Part shown: positions 1-13,219 of the stretch, in pieces
How positions within the stretch are numbered: the stretch's first letter is position 1
Layout: each line of letters begins with the position of its first letter
DNA from: Eledone cirrhosa
Lineage: Eukaryota
Assembly: GCA_964016885.1 (NCBI GenBank)
Contig: OZ024747.1
Coordinates: 54,002,001-54,066,000, forward strand
DNA: 64,000 bases
Direction: 5' to 3'
The notes under the pieces: generated by a model
What the model saw: only the letters and a program-made list of their open reading frames with translations
Databases searched by the model: none
Told to the model about the DNA's origin: nothing
Translations under genes and position numbers: made by a program

Positions 1-694
1 AATATAAGTGTAAATGTATGTGTATATATGTATATACACACAAACCGACTATCAATTTAATAAATGGTCTTTGCAAACATAAACAGCTTAGTCTTAAAAT
101 GTCTCTCCAATTAAATCGAACCAATTCTATATAGTAATTATATTTTCAAAAATATCTACATTTTCTTTTTATTCTTCTCTTAGAAAGCTGTAATCAAAAT
201 TTGTATAGTTTTGCTATATTTCATCATCCTGCTGAATATATCACGCTGTATAGACATATTTATGTGTGTATCATATTGTCTACGTATATAGCTTTTCCTG
301 ATTATACAGGTCGCTTAATGTGTAAATGTGATTCTATAGATATTTTAGGTTCTGTACTTAAGAGATTTATCATTGGGTGTTTAGGAAGGAACACTATGTC
401 GTTGCATGTGTTAGTTACACGTGTGTATGTGTGAGTAAGCGTATATCTATGTCTCTTGTGTAAGTATGATTGTCTGAGTTTGTATGTATGGATCTAGCTG
501 CGAGTGTGTGAGTTTGTGTGTATAAATGTACATGTGTATTTGTGAGTGAGTATATGTATTTATGTGTGCGAACCGATTGTGGTTTTACTTGTGTGCTTCT
601 GTGAAATATATGTTTTGTAGGTCAATACCTTATACAACATATACTCACAAACACATATCCACATATCCTACATGTAAAAGGTAAACAGTGTAAA

Positions 695-1004
695 AACACC
701 GTTCGTCACGAACGATCATGTGATTTACACCTATAAAGTTTCTCTTCGAGCCACAAGTCTGGGCAAGGTTGTTTGTGGAAGATCAGCAGTCATCGATGCA
801 TATCAGTCTCCCCACCCTCCCTCACGCCACCGATGTTGTCCAAGGGAAAGGCAATGGCCGATACAGCTTGGCACCAGTGACCGCGCAACGCATTTCTACA
901 GATGAGTAAAGTGGAGCAACGTCTTGCTAAATGACACAACGCATCGCCTGTCCAAGAATCGATCTCACAATTGCAAGCCTAACGCTCTAACCACTAAGCC
1001 ATGT
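695..1004 (-). mobile_element. tRNA-derived SINE with CORE-like domain, decayed
   Basis: The minus strand begins ATGGCTTAGTGGTTAGAGCG (A box), followed by GATCGATTCTTGG (B-box-like), a CORE-like TGTGTCATTTAGCAAGAC..GTTGCTCCACTTTACTCA segment and a 3' tail. Its head and core match the copies at 29394, 35549 and 43929. Confidence 0.8.
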
Positions 1005-1360
1005 ACGACCAATATTATTAACTATAATATTTGTAAATATATATATATAAATACACACGCAGGCATGGAGACATCTCTCTCTCTTTTCTACTCCCACTCT
1101 TGGTTATGAGGGTTTGAACAAGAAGGAGTGCCATATAGTAGTGCAGACACTTTTACCTTGCCGCTAGCAAGGCAACATCAAGATGCCGTCTCCACGATAG
1201 AATGCACCCAATACAATCTGTAAAATAGTAGGAAAATGGATACTACTTGTTGGAGACATGACAATGTCTTTAATGCCGTTAATTTGATAAAATGCATCCA
1301 ATACATAATGTGACGTGTGAATGGGATGAGGTCTTCTAGGATAATATTAATTTCTAATAA

Positions 1361-1557
1361 GGGCGGTGGATTGGCAGTATCGGTAGAGAGTCGGACACCA
1401 TGCTTTGAAGCATAGAGTTATGTCCCTTTATGATCTGAGTTCAAATCCCGCCGAGATTAACTTTGCCTTTCATCCTTACGGGGGGGGGGGTCGATAAAAT
1501 AAAGTACCAGTAATGCACTGGGTAACTGCTGGCCTTGTGCCAAAAGTAGAAACAATT
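1361..1557 (+). mobile_element. tRNA-derived SINE with Nin/Deu-like domain (young subfamily)
   Basis: A box TGGCAGTATCGG, B box GAGTTCAAATCC and central GCCTTTCATCCTTACGGGGTCGATAAAATAAAGTACCAG. A 15-bp TSD attaattt(c/t)taataa lies at 1346-1360 and 1555-1569. About 10 near-identical copies occur in the window. Confidence 0.92.
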
Positions 1558-2717
1558 AATTTTTAATAAAGACTGACTCAGACAGCGATGTCCCTCTCCA
1601 ACATAATATGGCATCACAGAAATATGGAGTTTACACACACACGCACACGAACACACACACACACACATATATATGTGGTATAAATTTGGTATAAACATCC
1701 ATGAGTTTAGAGCATTCAGATCTGGAGTAGGATTGGCCCCTTCATGCTTAAAATATCTGAGATGGATATATGTGTGTCAGGATGGCACACTTCGATTCAA
1801 TCAAGAGTCCTTAGCTATACACACCCTCGTCCAATTCACCGGCACCCCGTCATGATCATTTGACTTATTCTCGCACCATTAACGAGGAAGTGCACACCTT
1901 ACATTTAAGAAGAGGGGGGAAATATTCTTTTGGTCAGCCCGCTAGTGTTTGCAAATTTTGGCTCTCTTATATATCATTCATCCATTCACAGTATCTCTCT
2001 TTTTCTCTCACTCACCTATACATTCTCTCTCTGTCCACAATTCGCACCCATGCACAATAATTTAGAGACACACACTGTCAAATATCTGCTCATATATATC
2101 TAAACAAACGTATTTCTGTAAGCGTATAACAATAGAAATATAAGCCCAATTATCTATAGTGCTAATATGTTTCTTATTTGTATTCCGCGTGAAAAATTGT
2201 ATGCAATGGAACCTTCTGTAAATCTCTAAAACAATTCGAGGTGGACATTTTATGTTGTTTCTGTACACGTAACAAGCGTGTAATATCGATCTGATGTGAT
2301 CGATTCTTTCAATTTAGCAAGAAATAGATAATTTATCTCAGAAATCACACACAACCTTTCTTCCCATATATTCGCGTTAAACATTTAATAAGCTTTCTTT
2401 TAGAAATATACTTGGTAGAAAATGATGGCTACAACATATACAGATAAAGATTATAACTGCAACAACTTCGAAGTCATCCCAGTAAAGAAACAATGGGAAA
2501 TTGTGGCATATAAATAGGTTATGGCGGATTGTTCTTGGAAGATAGAAAGCTGCTTTATCAGTGTTCTCATGTAAAAGCAACTGCAATTACAATGGTTATA
2601 CGCTACACCAATGACACCATGTATATACACACACTATCAAACTCACACTTATTTTCACATGTATCAAAGCAAGAGGAAATATACATGCTGTTTCAATGAA
2701 TATTCAGTTATTGTTAT

Positions 2718-3390
2718 ATGTATGTATGTATGTATCTATGTATGTATGTATGTATGTATGTATGTATGTATGTATGTATGTATGTATGTATGAATTGATG
2801 TATGTATGAATTGATGTATGTATGTATGGATATATGTACAAACATTCATGTATGTATGTATGTATGAATGGATGTATGCATGCATACAAGTATGTATGTA
2901 TTTATGTATGTATGTATGCATGTATGTAGGTATGTATGTATGTTTGTATATACATAAAAAGAAACATACATAAATGCATAAATATATACATATATACGTA
3001 CATACACGCGCACATACATAAATACATACATGCATACACGCACACATACATAAATACATACATACATACACGCACACACACATAAATACATACATACATA
3101 CATACATGCAAACATATATAAATACATACATACATACACGCACACATGCATAAATACATAGATACACGCACACATACATAAATACAAACATACATACACG
3201 CACACATACAAAAATACATACATAGTTACACGCACACATATATAAATACATACATACACGCACACATATATAAATACATACATAAATACAAACATAGATA
3301 CACGCACACACACATAAATACAAACATAAATATATACATACATACACGCACACATGCATAAATACATACATACATACACGCAGACATACA
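2718..3390. repeat. (TATG)n/(CATA)n microsatellite grading into a ~24-28 bp CATACACGCACACATACATAAATA minisatellite
   Basis: Directly visible periodicity; this tract produces the MYVC-type spurious ORFs. Confidence 0.9.
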
Positions 3391-3502
3391 TACCCTAATA
3401 CATAGAGTAAAAATGGCCGCGAGATCAAGCATTTTGCGATTCAAAGGATGATAATCTCTTCTTTTACATACGTATGTATGTATTTATGTATACATGCATA
3501 TA

Positions 3503-3846
3503 TAGGTGTGTGTGTGGTTAAGAGGATCGCTTCGCAAGCATTAGTTTATGGTTTCGATGATACTGTGAGACATTTGGGGAAATGATATTTACAATAGCCT
3601 AATCATGACATGTGCATTTTGAGTGAAATTAGGTAGGCAAGAATTGATTGGAAGACTTTCGGGTTGCAGGTGCCAGTAATAGAAAGTGCCGGTCCTGTCA
3701 CATATTGTGTGCTGCGGAATCTCCCTGTGAACTGCTTTGCGAGCACACGATTCTTTACAATGCGTAATCAGTTATACGTTAATAAGTAAACTATAAATTT
3801 GATAAAACAAGTGAACCACACATCGTCGAAACCGACGGAGGTCCAT
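3503..3846 (+). mobile_element. Old tRNA-derived SINE (second family), near full length, highly decayed
   Basis: GTGTGGTTAAGAGG head, GGTTTCGAT B-box remnant, AATAGCCT...GTGAAATTAGGTAG body and GAATCTCCCTG...ACGTTAAT tail. Homologous to minus-strand copies at 14170-14523 and 19820-20240. Confidence 0.65.
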
Positions 3847-3888
3847 TCAATTCCCATATATCTATCTATCTATTCATCTATATCTGTA

Positions 3889-3977
<89 letters not shown>

Positions 3978-4097
3978 TAAAATAACAGATTAAAGTTTAA
4001 GCAAACAATCACTGCTTTCACCCTTAACGGGATCTTCTGAAACTCTAGAGTATATTTGATATATATTTATCCTTATCGAGCCTTCTTTGGATTTTAG

Positions 4098-4333
4098 TGG
4101 TAAAAGGAAAAGAAAATGCTGACAAATTGTTCCGAGTGAAAAACAGATTAGAGCAAATATCACGGGCGCTCTATCTCAAAATTATTTTTGAAAAGCATTA
4201 GAAATGCGCAACCGGTAAAAACTTAAAACCAAAACTGAATACTAACCAATACTTATTAGTAATTTTTACTTATTCCTAATTAAACTATTTTTCACTGGGA
4301 ACAATTTGTCAGCATGTTCTTTTCCTTTTACCA
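4098..4333. mobile_element. Fold-back element with ~49-bp inverted arms, probable PLE pseudo-LTR remnant
   Basis: 4098-4146 is the reverse complement of 4285-4333 with 3 mismatches. The right end abuts (TA)n and the spacer contains a hammerhead-like motif. Confidence 0.75.
4185..4220 (+). ncRNA. Minimal type I hammerhead-like motif, U3-A8 variant, probably inactivated (GAAA>GCAA)
   Basis: TTT-TTGAAAA-GCAT tagaa ATGC-GCAA-CCGG-TA-AAA; homologous to the motif at 55467-55502. Confidence 0.55.
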
Positions 4334-4383
<50 letters not shown>

Positions 4384-4430
4384 GCACACACACACACGCA
4401 CACACACACACATACACACACACATATATA

Positions 4431-4461
<31 letters not shown>

Positions 4462-4466
<5 letters not shown>

Positions 4467-4658
4467 AACACGTATGACCCCGACGGCAGAGCTCCAGCCG
4501 TTTCGACGGCTAATTCTTATTTAGTCCAGAATTAGCCGTCGAAACGGCTTGAGCTCTGCTGTCGGGGTCATACTTGTTCCTATTACCCACTTACTACCCT
4601 AAGTATTGAGTACTTTGGTACGTTATGGTCCATCAGGTTCCTTACCACATTTCCTTCG

Positions 4659-4660
<2 letters not shown>
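4462..4660 (+). mobile_element. ~200-bp hairpin-plus-tail element inserted in (TA)n
   Basis: 56-bp inverted arms (4462-4517 / 4528-4583, 3 mismatches, 10-nt loop) followed by a unique tail TACCCACT..CCACATTTCCTTCGTT. Related copies occur at 29315, 38640, 40080, 40329 and 55018. Confidence 0.85.
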
Positions 4661-4748
<88 letters not shown>

Positions 4749-4854
4749 TGCTGAATGGTGCTCCGTTAAAGAGAGGAAAATAAGTCACAATTAAAAAAAA
4801 AATATGTAAGTGGTGATGATACAAAGCGTTATTTCATATCAGGAGTGAATGCTA

Positions 4855-4895
4855 CAGGAGTAGTTCTGTTTCAGTCAATGATGGCCTCATCAGGA
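4855..4895 (-). ncRNA. Degenerate hammerhead-like core
   Basis: The minus strand reads CTGATGA-GGCC atcatt GACT-GAAA-CAG. Downstream sequence resembles the 43020 and 62146 family; stem I is not evident. Confidence 0.4.
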
Positions 4896-5101
4896 AGGCA
4901 TCCTCGCTCATTTCACTACAGAATGAAACTACTAGACCTCTCTAAAAGAGATATCAAAATGAAATATAATACCCCCCTCTCTCTCTGTATATACATATAT
5001 ATATTTATATATATATATATTTATTTATATATGCATGTACGTAATCTATCTATATATATATATATGTCTGCAGGTAATGTATATGTATATATGCCTGCAC
5101 G

Positions 5102-5202
<101 letters not shown>

Positions 5203-5301
5203 TATATGCTTGTATATAAACCGAAAAATTAGCTGTATATTTGCAGTTGTGTACACATAGATGTATATGTGTGTGTTTGTCTTTATCTTTTTCTATATGC
5301 A

Positions 5302-5462
<161 letters not shown>

Positions 5463-5782
5463 ATACATACACACATATATATATATATATAAATGTGTAT
5501 GTATATATGCATGGCGTATGTGTGCGTATAGAGATATATAACTTTCGACATTCCGAGGCCTGCCTCCTGAAGTAGAATATCAATGACCTTCTAGAGTTTT
5601 AAGGTTAATTTGTAACCAGAGACTAGCTTAGCAAGCAGAGCATCTTTAATTGGCCTTTTAGCATTTACGATGTCTCCACAGATACACAGCTCTATTGATA
5701 AATAATGGAACAAACAGACTTCAAACTAAAACAAACGCACGCATACATATACACATGCACAAAAAAATACAAACAGACACAC

Positions 5783-5850
<68 letters not shown>

Positions 5851-6341
5851 GCTCAAACATACACTCACACACATACGCACATACACACACACATATATAA
5901 TAGATATATATAATATACATATATATATATGTAAACATACATTTATATATATATATATATATATACTCATATATATTAATGCGTGTGTGTATAGACATTT
6001 AATGGTAATATTTATAAACATACATATACTGTTTTGCGATGATGAATGCATGTATGAATTTCATTGCAGCTACACAGTGATCCATTCACAAATAAACACA
6101 CACACACACACATATATATATATAAAAATATACATATACACATAAATATAATGCACTCGCACATACACACATGCAACTCCTTATATATATATATTTACAT
6201 ACATCCAGAAGCATCGTTTTTATATATATATTTCCATAAATATTTCTGAATTCAATGTAAAGTATACAAAGAGGGTTACTGGAGATATGATATATAAACG
6301 CAACCGTGCATATGCTTATATATATACACGTTCAGAGCACG

Positions 6342-6384
<43 letters not shown>

Positions 6385-7059
6385 CAAACACAAACATACG
6401 GTCCACAGACACAACCAAAGAAACACATACACACTTGTAAATTCGCACATACAAAAATACTTACATAAACATATCTGTATCCACATACAAATACACACAT
6501 ATATATATATTTAAAAACCATCCACATACTTTCTACTTTTGTTTCACAAAATATAGCAAAACCAACACAAAACAGACATACAAAAACACTTTATGAAATT
6601 AAGAAGTATCCTGTTGATATTTTCACTTTATATTACTCTAGAATTTATTCTATTTTCTATTTTCATTTATCAGTAAGGTCACTTATATATTCATATGCTT
6701 TTTTTTTTTATATGTTCATGGTTTTTCCTCTACTATCCCATATACATATATATATATTATGTATGTATGTATGTTTGTATGTATGTATGTACGTACGTAT
6801 GTATGTATGTTTGTATATATGTATGTATGTATTACATTCGTTTTTCTCATTTTGTAAATTGCCTCTCATAAAATTCATCAGTATATTGTTATAAATATAA
6901 TTAATCTTTGAGAATTCAAGGAATCCTAACAACTACACCGACACAGATATTCACACACATGTATATATACACAAAGGCATCTGGTGTTATTATATAGCCG
7001 AGCTGTCTGGTATTTGTTTTTGTTAGCTTAATAATATTTCAGCTCACTACATCCATAGA

Positions 7060-7885
7060 TTTTAGTATAGGGAATTATGGTGATCCTTACCAAATAATTT
7101 AAAACCCTTTGGTAACTTAATGATACCCCTGGTCAACAGATCTATTGATATTAACAATGAATTAGTTTTGTAAGATGGGGATCCTGCCTATTTAGCCTTA
7201 AAGAAGTTTCTCTGTTCCTCATCATGTGTTTGTAGTTTAAGGACCTCGATAGTGACTAGGTCTATAGATTATCCAGTAATATACTTTGTGGACCTTATCA
7301 GGCTGACCATTGTCTTCATTGAGATCTATCTTCGCAGCATAGTTTGAGAGAGGTTTAGTATAATTCAGTAAGCAAAATGTTTACTGGAAATGCACTTTGG
7401 ATTTGTACAAACGTCGTTCATCACGTCTGTCATCCGCTGAATGAGACAATTGCAACATCATTTCAGCGCAACGAGTACGTCACCATACTTAACATCTGGA
7501 GAAGAGGTTCTCCAGAATGCTGTGCTCTGTAGTTGGATCCACAAGGTGTAAACAAATGGAATCTGAGGGGGATACAATCCATTCTCAGTTATGTCGCTAG
7601 AAAAGAGCGTGTTTGCAATGAATAAAGTGAAGAAGTCAGACAGCCAATGTTTTAATATATTTAAACATGCCTTAACATACGAGTTTATAAGCAGCTGTCG
7701 GTGGAAACTCATGTATATCGATGATCTAATAATTATAACTGAATCTGAGGTAGAATGAGTAAAGAGATGTCAGACGTGGAAAGAACATTTAGAATTGGGA
7801 GGTTTGTATGTGAATTAGCAATGACTAAATTGTACGTAGGAAATAAGAAAGAGATTTGTCATTATCAGGGAAATAGCCGTGCTTG
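7060..7885 (+). mobile_element. Heavily decayed RTE-clade LINE reverse transcriptase fragment
   Basis: Manual translation near 7680-7880 gives EFISSCRWKLMYIDDLIIITESEVE*VKRCQTWKEHLELGGLYVN*, which matches the RT YADD region of RTE elements. Upstream there is an MHFGFV remnant of the QFGF motif. Confidence 0.75.
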
Positions 7886-8423
7886 ATAAGAAAAAGAAAG
7901 GTCAGAAACGTCTCGCCGAAATAATGCTGGCATCAAAAAGCGGGTGGAGAATGATAATGATAATATATCGATACCGATGCTGTAGCTCATGATGCCGATC
8001 TTTGGCCATAACAAATAAAAACTTCCTTATTTGTATCGTTTTTATGTTTTAGGTTTTATGCTTTGACACATTAGACCAGTGTCTCTAAAATTTAGGCAAC
8101 GGAGTTCAAAAAGGGGATCATATACTGCGCTATATACTCACTTTATTCGATCATGCTTTGGGGGCGAAATCTAAGTAGGGTACGGGAGGAATCTGATTTT
8201 AGGATCACTAGGTTAAGTAAAGAAGCCGATGCTTACCCTAGTTTCATGTAGGGTTATGTGACCTAGAGTATTCCTTGAAAGTTATTGTCACTAGGAAAAT
8301 AGACAGCTCTCATTGAATAATGTACTATGAAGTGCCACAGTCTTTATGTGTCATGGCGTCTTTAAACTTTGGTAAATTAGTTTACTGTGGGTTTTAACAC
8401 TTCAGGATCAAAGGGATGGAGAA

Positions 8424-8436
8424 TGCCATCTAGTGG
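8424..8436 (-). promoter_or_regulatory. Candidate CTCF binding site
   Basis: TGCCATCTAGTGG reads CCACTAGATGGCA on the minus strand, matching the bilaterian CTCF core CCACYAGRKGGCR. Motif evidence only. Confidence 0.4.
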
Positions 8437-8666
8437 TGGAAAGTCTGCAAGACAAGTGATCAAGCAAAATATTAGAACTGAAGTTTTACCATTGACATAA
8501 TAATAAAATGAGTTAGATTAACAACGACGAGGTGGCGGTGGGGAGTTAGACGATCATGAAGAAGTAGAAAAAGAGGAAGGGATGGTTAATAATGATGATG
8601 ATGATGATGATTACATCAAGTACGACGAGTACGATGATGATGTCGATGATGATGACGATGATGATA

Positions 8667-8701
<35 letters not shown>

Positions 8702-9675
8702 AATAATGATGTTGATGTTGATGATAATGATGATGACGGATTTACTGACGGTGATGTTTGTGGTGGTGGTGGTGGTGGTGTTAGTCCATTCATATAGGAC
8801 ATCAATTACATTACAAACTATTACAGTGGAAAAAACGTGACATATTAAGCTATGGACTCGCACATATTCACACACAGACACACACACATGTGCACACACA
8901 AACGCAGACGCATACAGGCGTTCATACATTAATATATATTGACACATCTACATATATTCAAGCATATATACACATATATACACATATATACACATATATA
9001 TATATACACATATACACATATATACACATATATACACATATATACATATATATATATACATATATATATATATACACATATATACATATATACACACACA
9101 TATATATACACATATATACACATATATACACACATATACACATATATACACATATAAACACATATATACACATATAAACACATATATACATATATATATA
9201 TATACATATATACACATATATACACATATATACACATGTATATACATATATCCACATATATCCACATATATACACATATATACACATATATACACATATA
9301 TATATTCAAGCATATATACGCATATAAAGGCATACATATACACATGCATATACATATACACACATAAATACATGCAATCATGCACATACAAACAGACATA
9401 GAAACAGTCGCATAAACAGAAATGTAAACTAGTAAAAATTATTTGCATAAAATGCAAAAAATAAATAAAAATGGAAAGAATTCCAAAATACAAAATAGAG
9501 AAAAAATTACAAAATGTAGTAAAAGCTTGAATCCGTACCTAATTAATAAAAGAAAATAAATTGACAAATTAAGGAAGAAACAACGCTAAAGTGAGTTTAA
9601 CTCTAAATTTATGCAATATTTTTTTTTTTTTACAAAATACTGACTGGATTTAACAGATATTTCACAGAAAGGGAT

Positions 9676-9712
9676 TTTGATGGTGATGAGGATGATGTTG
9701 ATGATGATAATA

Positions 9713-9748
<36 letters not shown>

Positions 9749-9765
9749 GTGATGGTGATGTTGAC

Positions 9766-9798
<33 letters not shown>

Positions 9799-9818
9799 AA
9801 TGATGATGATGTTGATGT

Positions 9819-9853
<35 letters not shown>

Positions 9854-9866
9854 GTGATGTTGATGG

Positions 9867-9907
<41 letters not shown>

Positions 9908-10323
9908 TCGACGGCGATAATATTATTGATGATTTTGAAGATGATGATAATGATGATGATGATGTTGATGGTGATGCTGATAATGATGTCGACAACGATA
10001 ATATTATTGATGATTTTCATGATGATGATAATGCTGATGATGATAATGATGTTGATGATGATGATGATAATGATGTCGATGGCGATAATATTATTGATGA
10101 TTTTGATGATGATGATGATGATGATGACGACGGCGATAATATTATTGATGATGTTGACGACGATGATGATAATACTGGTGTTGATGATGTTGACGACGAA
10201 CATAATGTTGATGGAGATGATGATGATGATGATGATGATGATGAGGGCAATGACAATGACGATGACGATGACAATGATGATGGTGGTGATGATGTTGACG
10301 AAGATAATGATGATGACAATGAC

Positions 10324-10357
<34 letters not shown>

Positions 10358-10545
10358 TTGACGATAATGATAATGATGATGATGAAGACAACGATGATGA
10401 TGATGATTATTATTAAGATGATGATGATGATGACGATGATGATAGTGATGGTGATGATGATGGTGATGATGATGATGATGATGATGATAATGATTATTAA
10501 GATGATGATGATGATGGTGATGGTGATGATGATGATGATGACAAC
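9676..10545. repeat. Degenerate (GAT)n tract with recurring GTCGACGGCGATAATATTATTGATGATTTT module
   Basis: Directly visible; trinucleotide phase is preserved over ~870 bp. Confidence 0.9.
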
Positions 10546-10772
10546 ACAAATAATAGTGACTTCATTTATTTGCCACAAGGGCAGCTGGCATGTTATAGAG
10601 AATGTGGGGTTTTACAGAGATCGGACGGTGTTAGGGAGAAAAGTAATGATAATAATATAATATACAAAAAATAAATAAATATAATAATAATTCTCTACAT
10701 TTTTTTCATATTAATATAATTTATTTTTAAGTATTTTTTTATATTCTTCAGTCCTTAATGAAGGTACTTCAG

Positions 10773-10855
<83 letters not shown>

Positions 10856-10943
10856 TATGTATATATTTCTACTACAATTATAAAATAAAAATTAAATCAA
10901 TGAAAATAAACAGGCACATGTATGTGTATATATATATATATAC

Positions 10944-10987
<44 letters not shown>

Positions 10988-11817
10988 TAAAAAATATTGT
11001 AAAAGTTGAGAAAATTACATAAATTTAAAATGAACATCATTTTATTATTATTATTTTTTTTTTATGCTTTGGTTCTCTCCTGAAATTTGATTGATTTATC
11101 AAGGACCCTGGATAATATTTGTATGTTATTATTATAGAAACTTGTGAGAAATGGCTTTATTTGCAAAAAATGGTGGGAAAAAAACGATATAAAAAAAGCG
11201 TATTGAATTTTAAGTGAGGTAATTTCAAATAGTAAAATGAAAAGAATAAATAAAATAAATAAATAAATAACAGTCCCTTCTTTGAATCCTAAAAAAACCA
11301 TAGAAATCAACAATAACAATTTTATAGAGTATTAAAAAACATGATGAGATTAAAAAAGATACTAAGGAAAATAAATTCAACAAGAAAAACACCGACAGCA
11401 ACATTGCGAAAATCCTGATTAAGCTTGGTAATCTATAATTTCGTTAAATGATACTAATTAAAATTACAACAATAATGACAAAAACAATGACTATGAATGC
11501 AACTATAGCAACAAAAACAACAAAAACAACAACAGCAACAACAGCAACAACAAATAAAACGTCTAAAATTGCTAAAATATATATATAATAGCAGCTTCAT
11601 TTAGAATGACGTCTATGACACCAACAACAACAACAACAATAACATCAACAACAACAACAGTAACATCAATAACAACATCAACAACAACAACAGTAGCATC
11701 AATAACAACATCAACAACAACAACAACAGTAACATCAACAACAGCAACATTGACAGCGTCTATAATAACATCAGTAATAGAATCATACAGTGCCAACATC
11801 TACAGCCATTAAAAATA

Positions 11818-11824
11818 CATCATT

Positions 11825-11862
<38 letters not shown>

Positions 11863-11900
11863 TATCGTCATTATCATTATATCATCATCATCTTCATTAA

Positions 11901-11962
<62 letters not shown>

Positions 11963-12139
11963 TCATCAGCATCATCATCAGCATCATCATCATCATCATC
12001 ATTATCATCATCATCATCATTATCAACATCATCAATATCATCATTAACGTTGTCGTCATAGTCATCGTATTTGATATCATCAGCATCATCGTCAGCATCA
12101 TTATATTCAAATTCATTGTCATCATCATCATTGTAATCG

Positions 12140-12187
<48 letters not shown>

Positions 12188-12195
12188 CCATCGTC

Positions 12196-12231
<36 letters not shown>

Positions 12232-12366
12232 TTATTCATCACCATGAACTTCACCAAAACCACCATCATCATCATCACCACCATAACCCTCCTCCTCATC
12301 ATCATAGTCATCATCATCATCACCATCATCATCATCTTCCTCGCCATCCTCACTCATCATCATCAT
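11818..12366. repeat. Degenerate (CAT)n tract
   Basis: Directly visible. Confidence 0.9.
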
Positions 12367-12402
12367 ATATAAAATATTTACTACAACAACCACGACAACA
12401 AT

Positions 12403-12760
12403 ATCTAATTTAGGCACAACACCATCAATAGTGTGGCGGGGTGGAGGGGATTCGATTATATCGACATGACTACCTCCCTGATACTTCATTTATCGACCTC
12501 GAAAGGATTCAAGTGGGCGAAGAAGAAGGAGGAGAAGGCGCAGGGGGGGGGGAGAAGAAGAAGAAGAAGAAGAAGAAGAAGAAGAAGAAGAAGAAGAAGA
12601 AGAAGAAGAAGAAGAAGAAGGTGGTGGTGGTGGAGCAGGAGGAGGGGGAAGACGAGGACCCTAAAAGGACTCAAGTCAAAATTGACATCGGTAAGATTCG
12701 AACTCACAAAGAGCCGGGATAAATAGTGCAAAGCATCTGAGAGACGCTCTAACGGATCCC
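12403..12760 (-). mobile_element. Old Nin/Deu-like SINE split by an (AAG)n expansion
   Basis: The tail (TCTAATTTAGGCACAA..ATTTATCGACCTCGAAAGGAT) is at 12403-12515 and the head (GATTCGAACTCA..CGCTCTAACG) at 12660-12760, separated by an AAG/GGA tract. Confidence 0.7.
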
Positions 12761-13042
12761 TCAAACCATAATAACTGAAGTACCATCATCAAAGTTAGGG
12801 AGATTTATAGAATTTACAAAGAAACGTCTACGTGTTTGGTTATAAGGAGAGTATAGCAACCAAACCTCTCTTAAATCACGCAAGGTACCGTCTGTGAAGG
12901 AGAAGTGTTGTATAAGGAAGTCTTAGGTTTCCTGAACATTGAAACATCGAAGAAATGGTCATGGACGTCATATCTGCTCGTATAACACCTGGATCGAGGA
13001 TATCCTGGCGTTAAATAATAACAACATCAACTAAAATAAGAA

Positions 13043-13219
13043 TAATTGTTTCTACTTTAGGCACAAGGCCAGCAAATACCCAGTGCATTACTGGTACTTT
13101 ATTTTATCGACCCCGTAAGGATGAAAGGCAAAGTTAACCTCGGCGGGATTTGAACTCAGAATGTAAAGGGACGTAACTATGCTAGAAAGCATGGCGTCCA
13201 ACCCTCTACCGATACTGCC
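13043..13219 (-). mobile_element. Nin/Deu-like SINE (young subfamily)
   Basis: Reverse complement of the element at 1361. Confidence 0.92.

Noticed and set aside
1361-1450. tRNA genes suggested by A and B boxes here and in other copies
   Set aside because: They are SINE heads with bodies, tails and TSDs and do not form complete cloverleaves.
4005-4045. Minus-strand CAGAAGA-T-CCC gttaa GGG-T-GAAAGC hammerhead-like motif
   Set aside because: The core is mutated at U4 and has no valid stem III or triplet; at best a dead relic.
8075-8210. hAT-like MITE (CAGTGTCTCTAAAA ... TTTTAGGATCACTA)
   Set aside because: The termini are too degenerate and no 8-bp TSD is visible.
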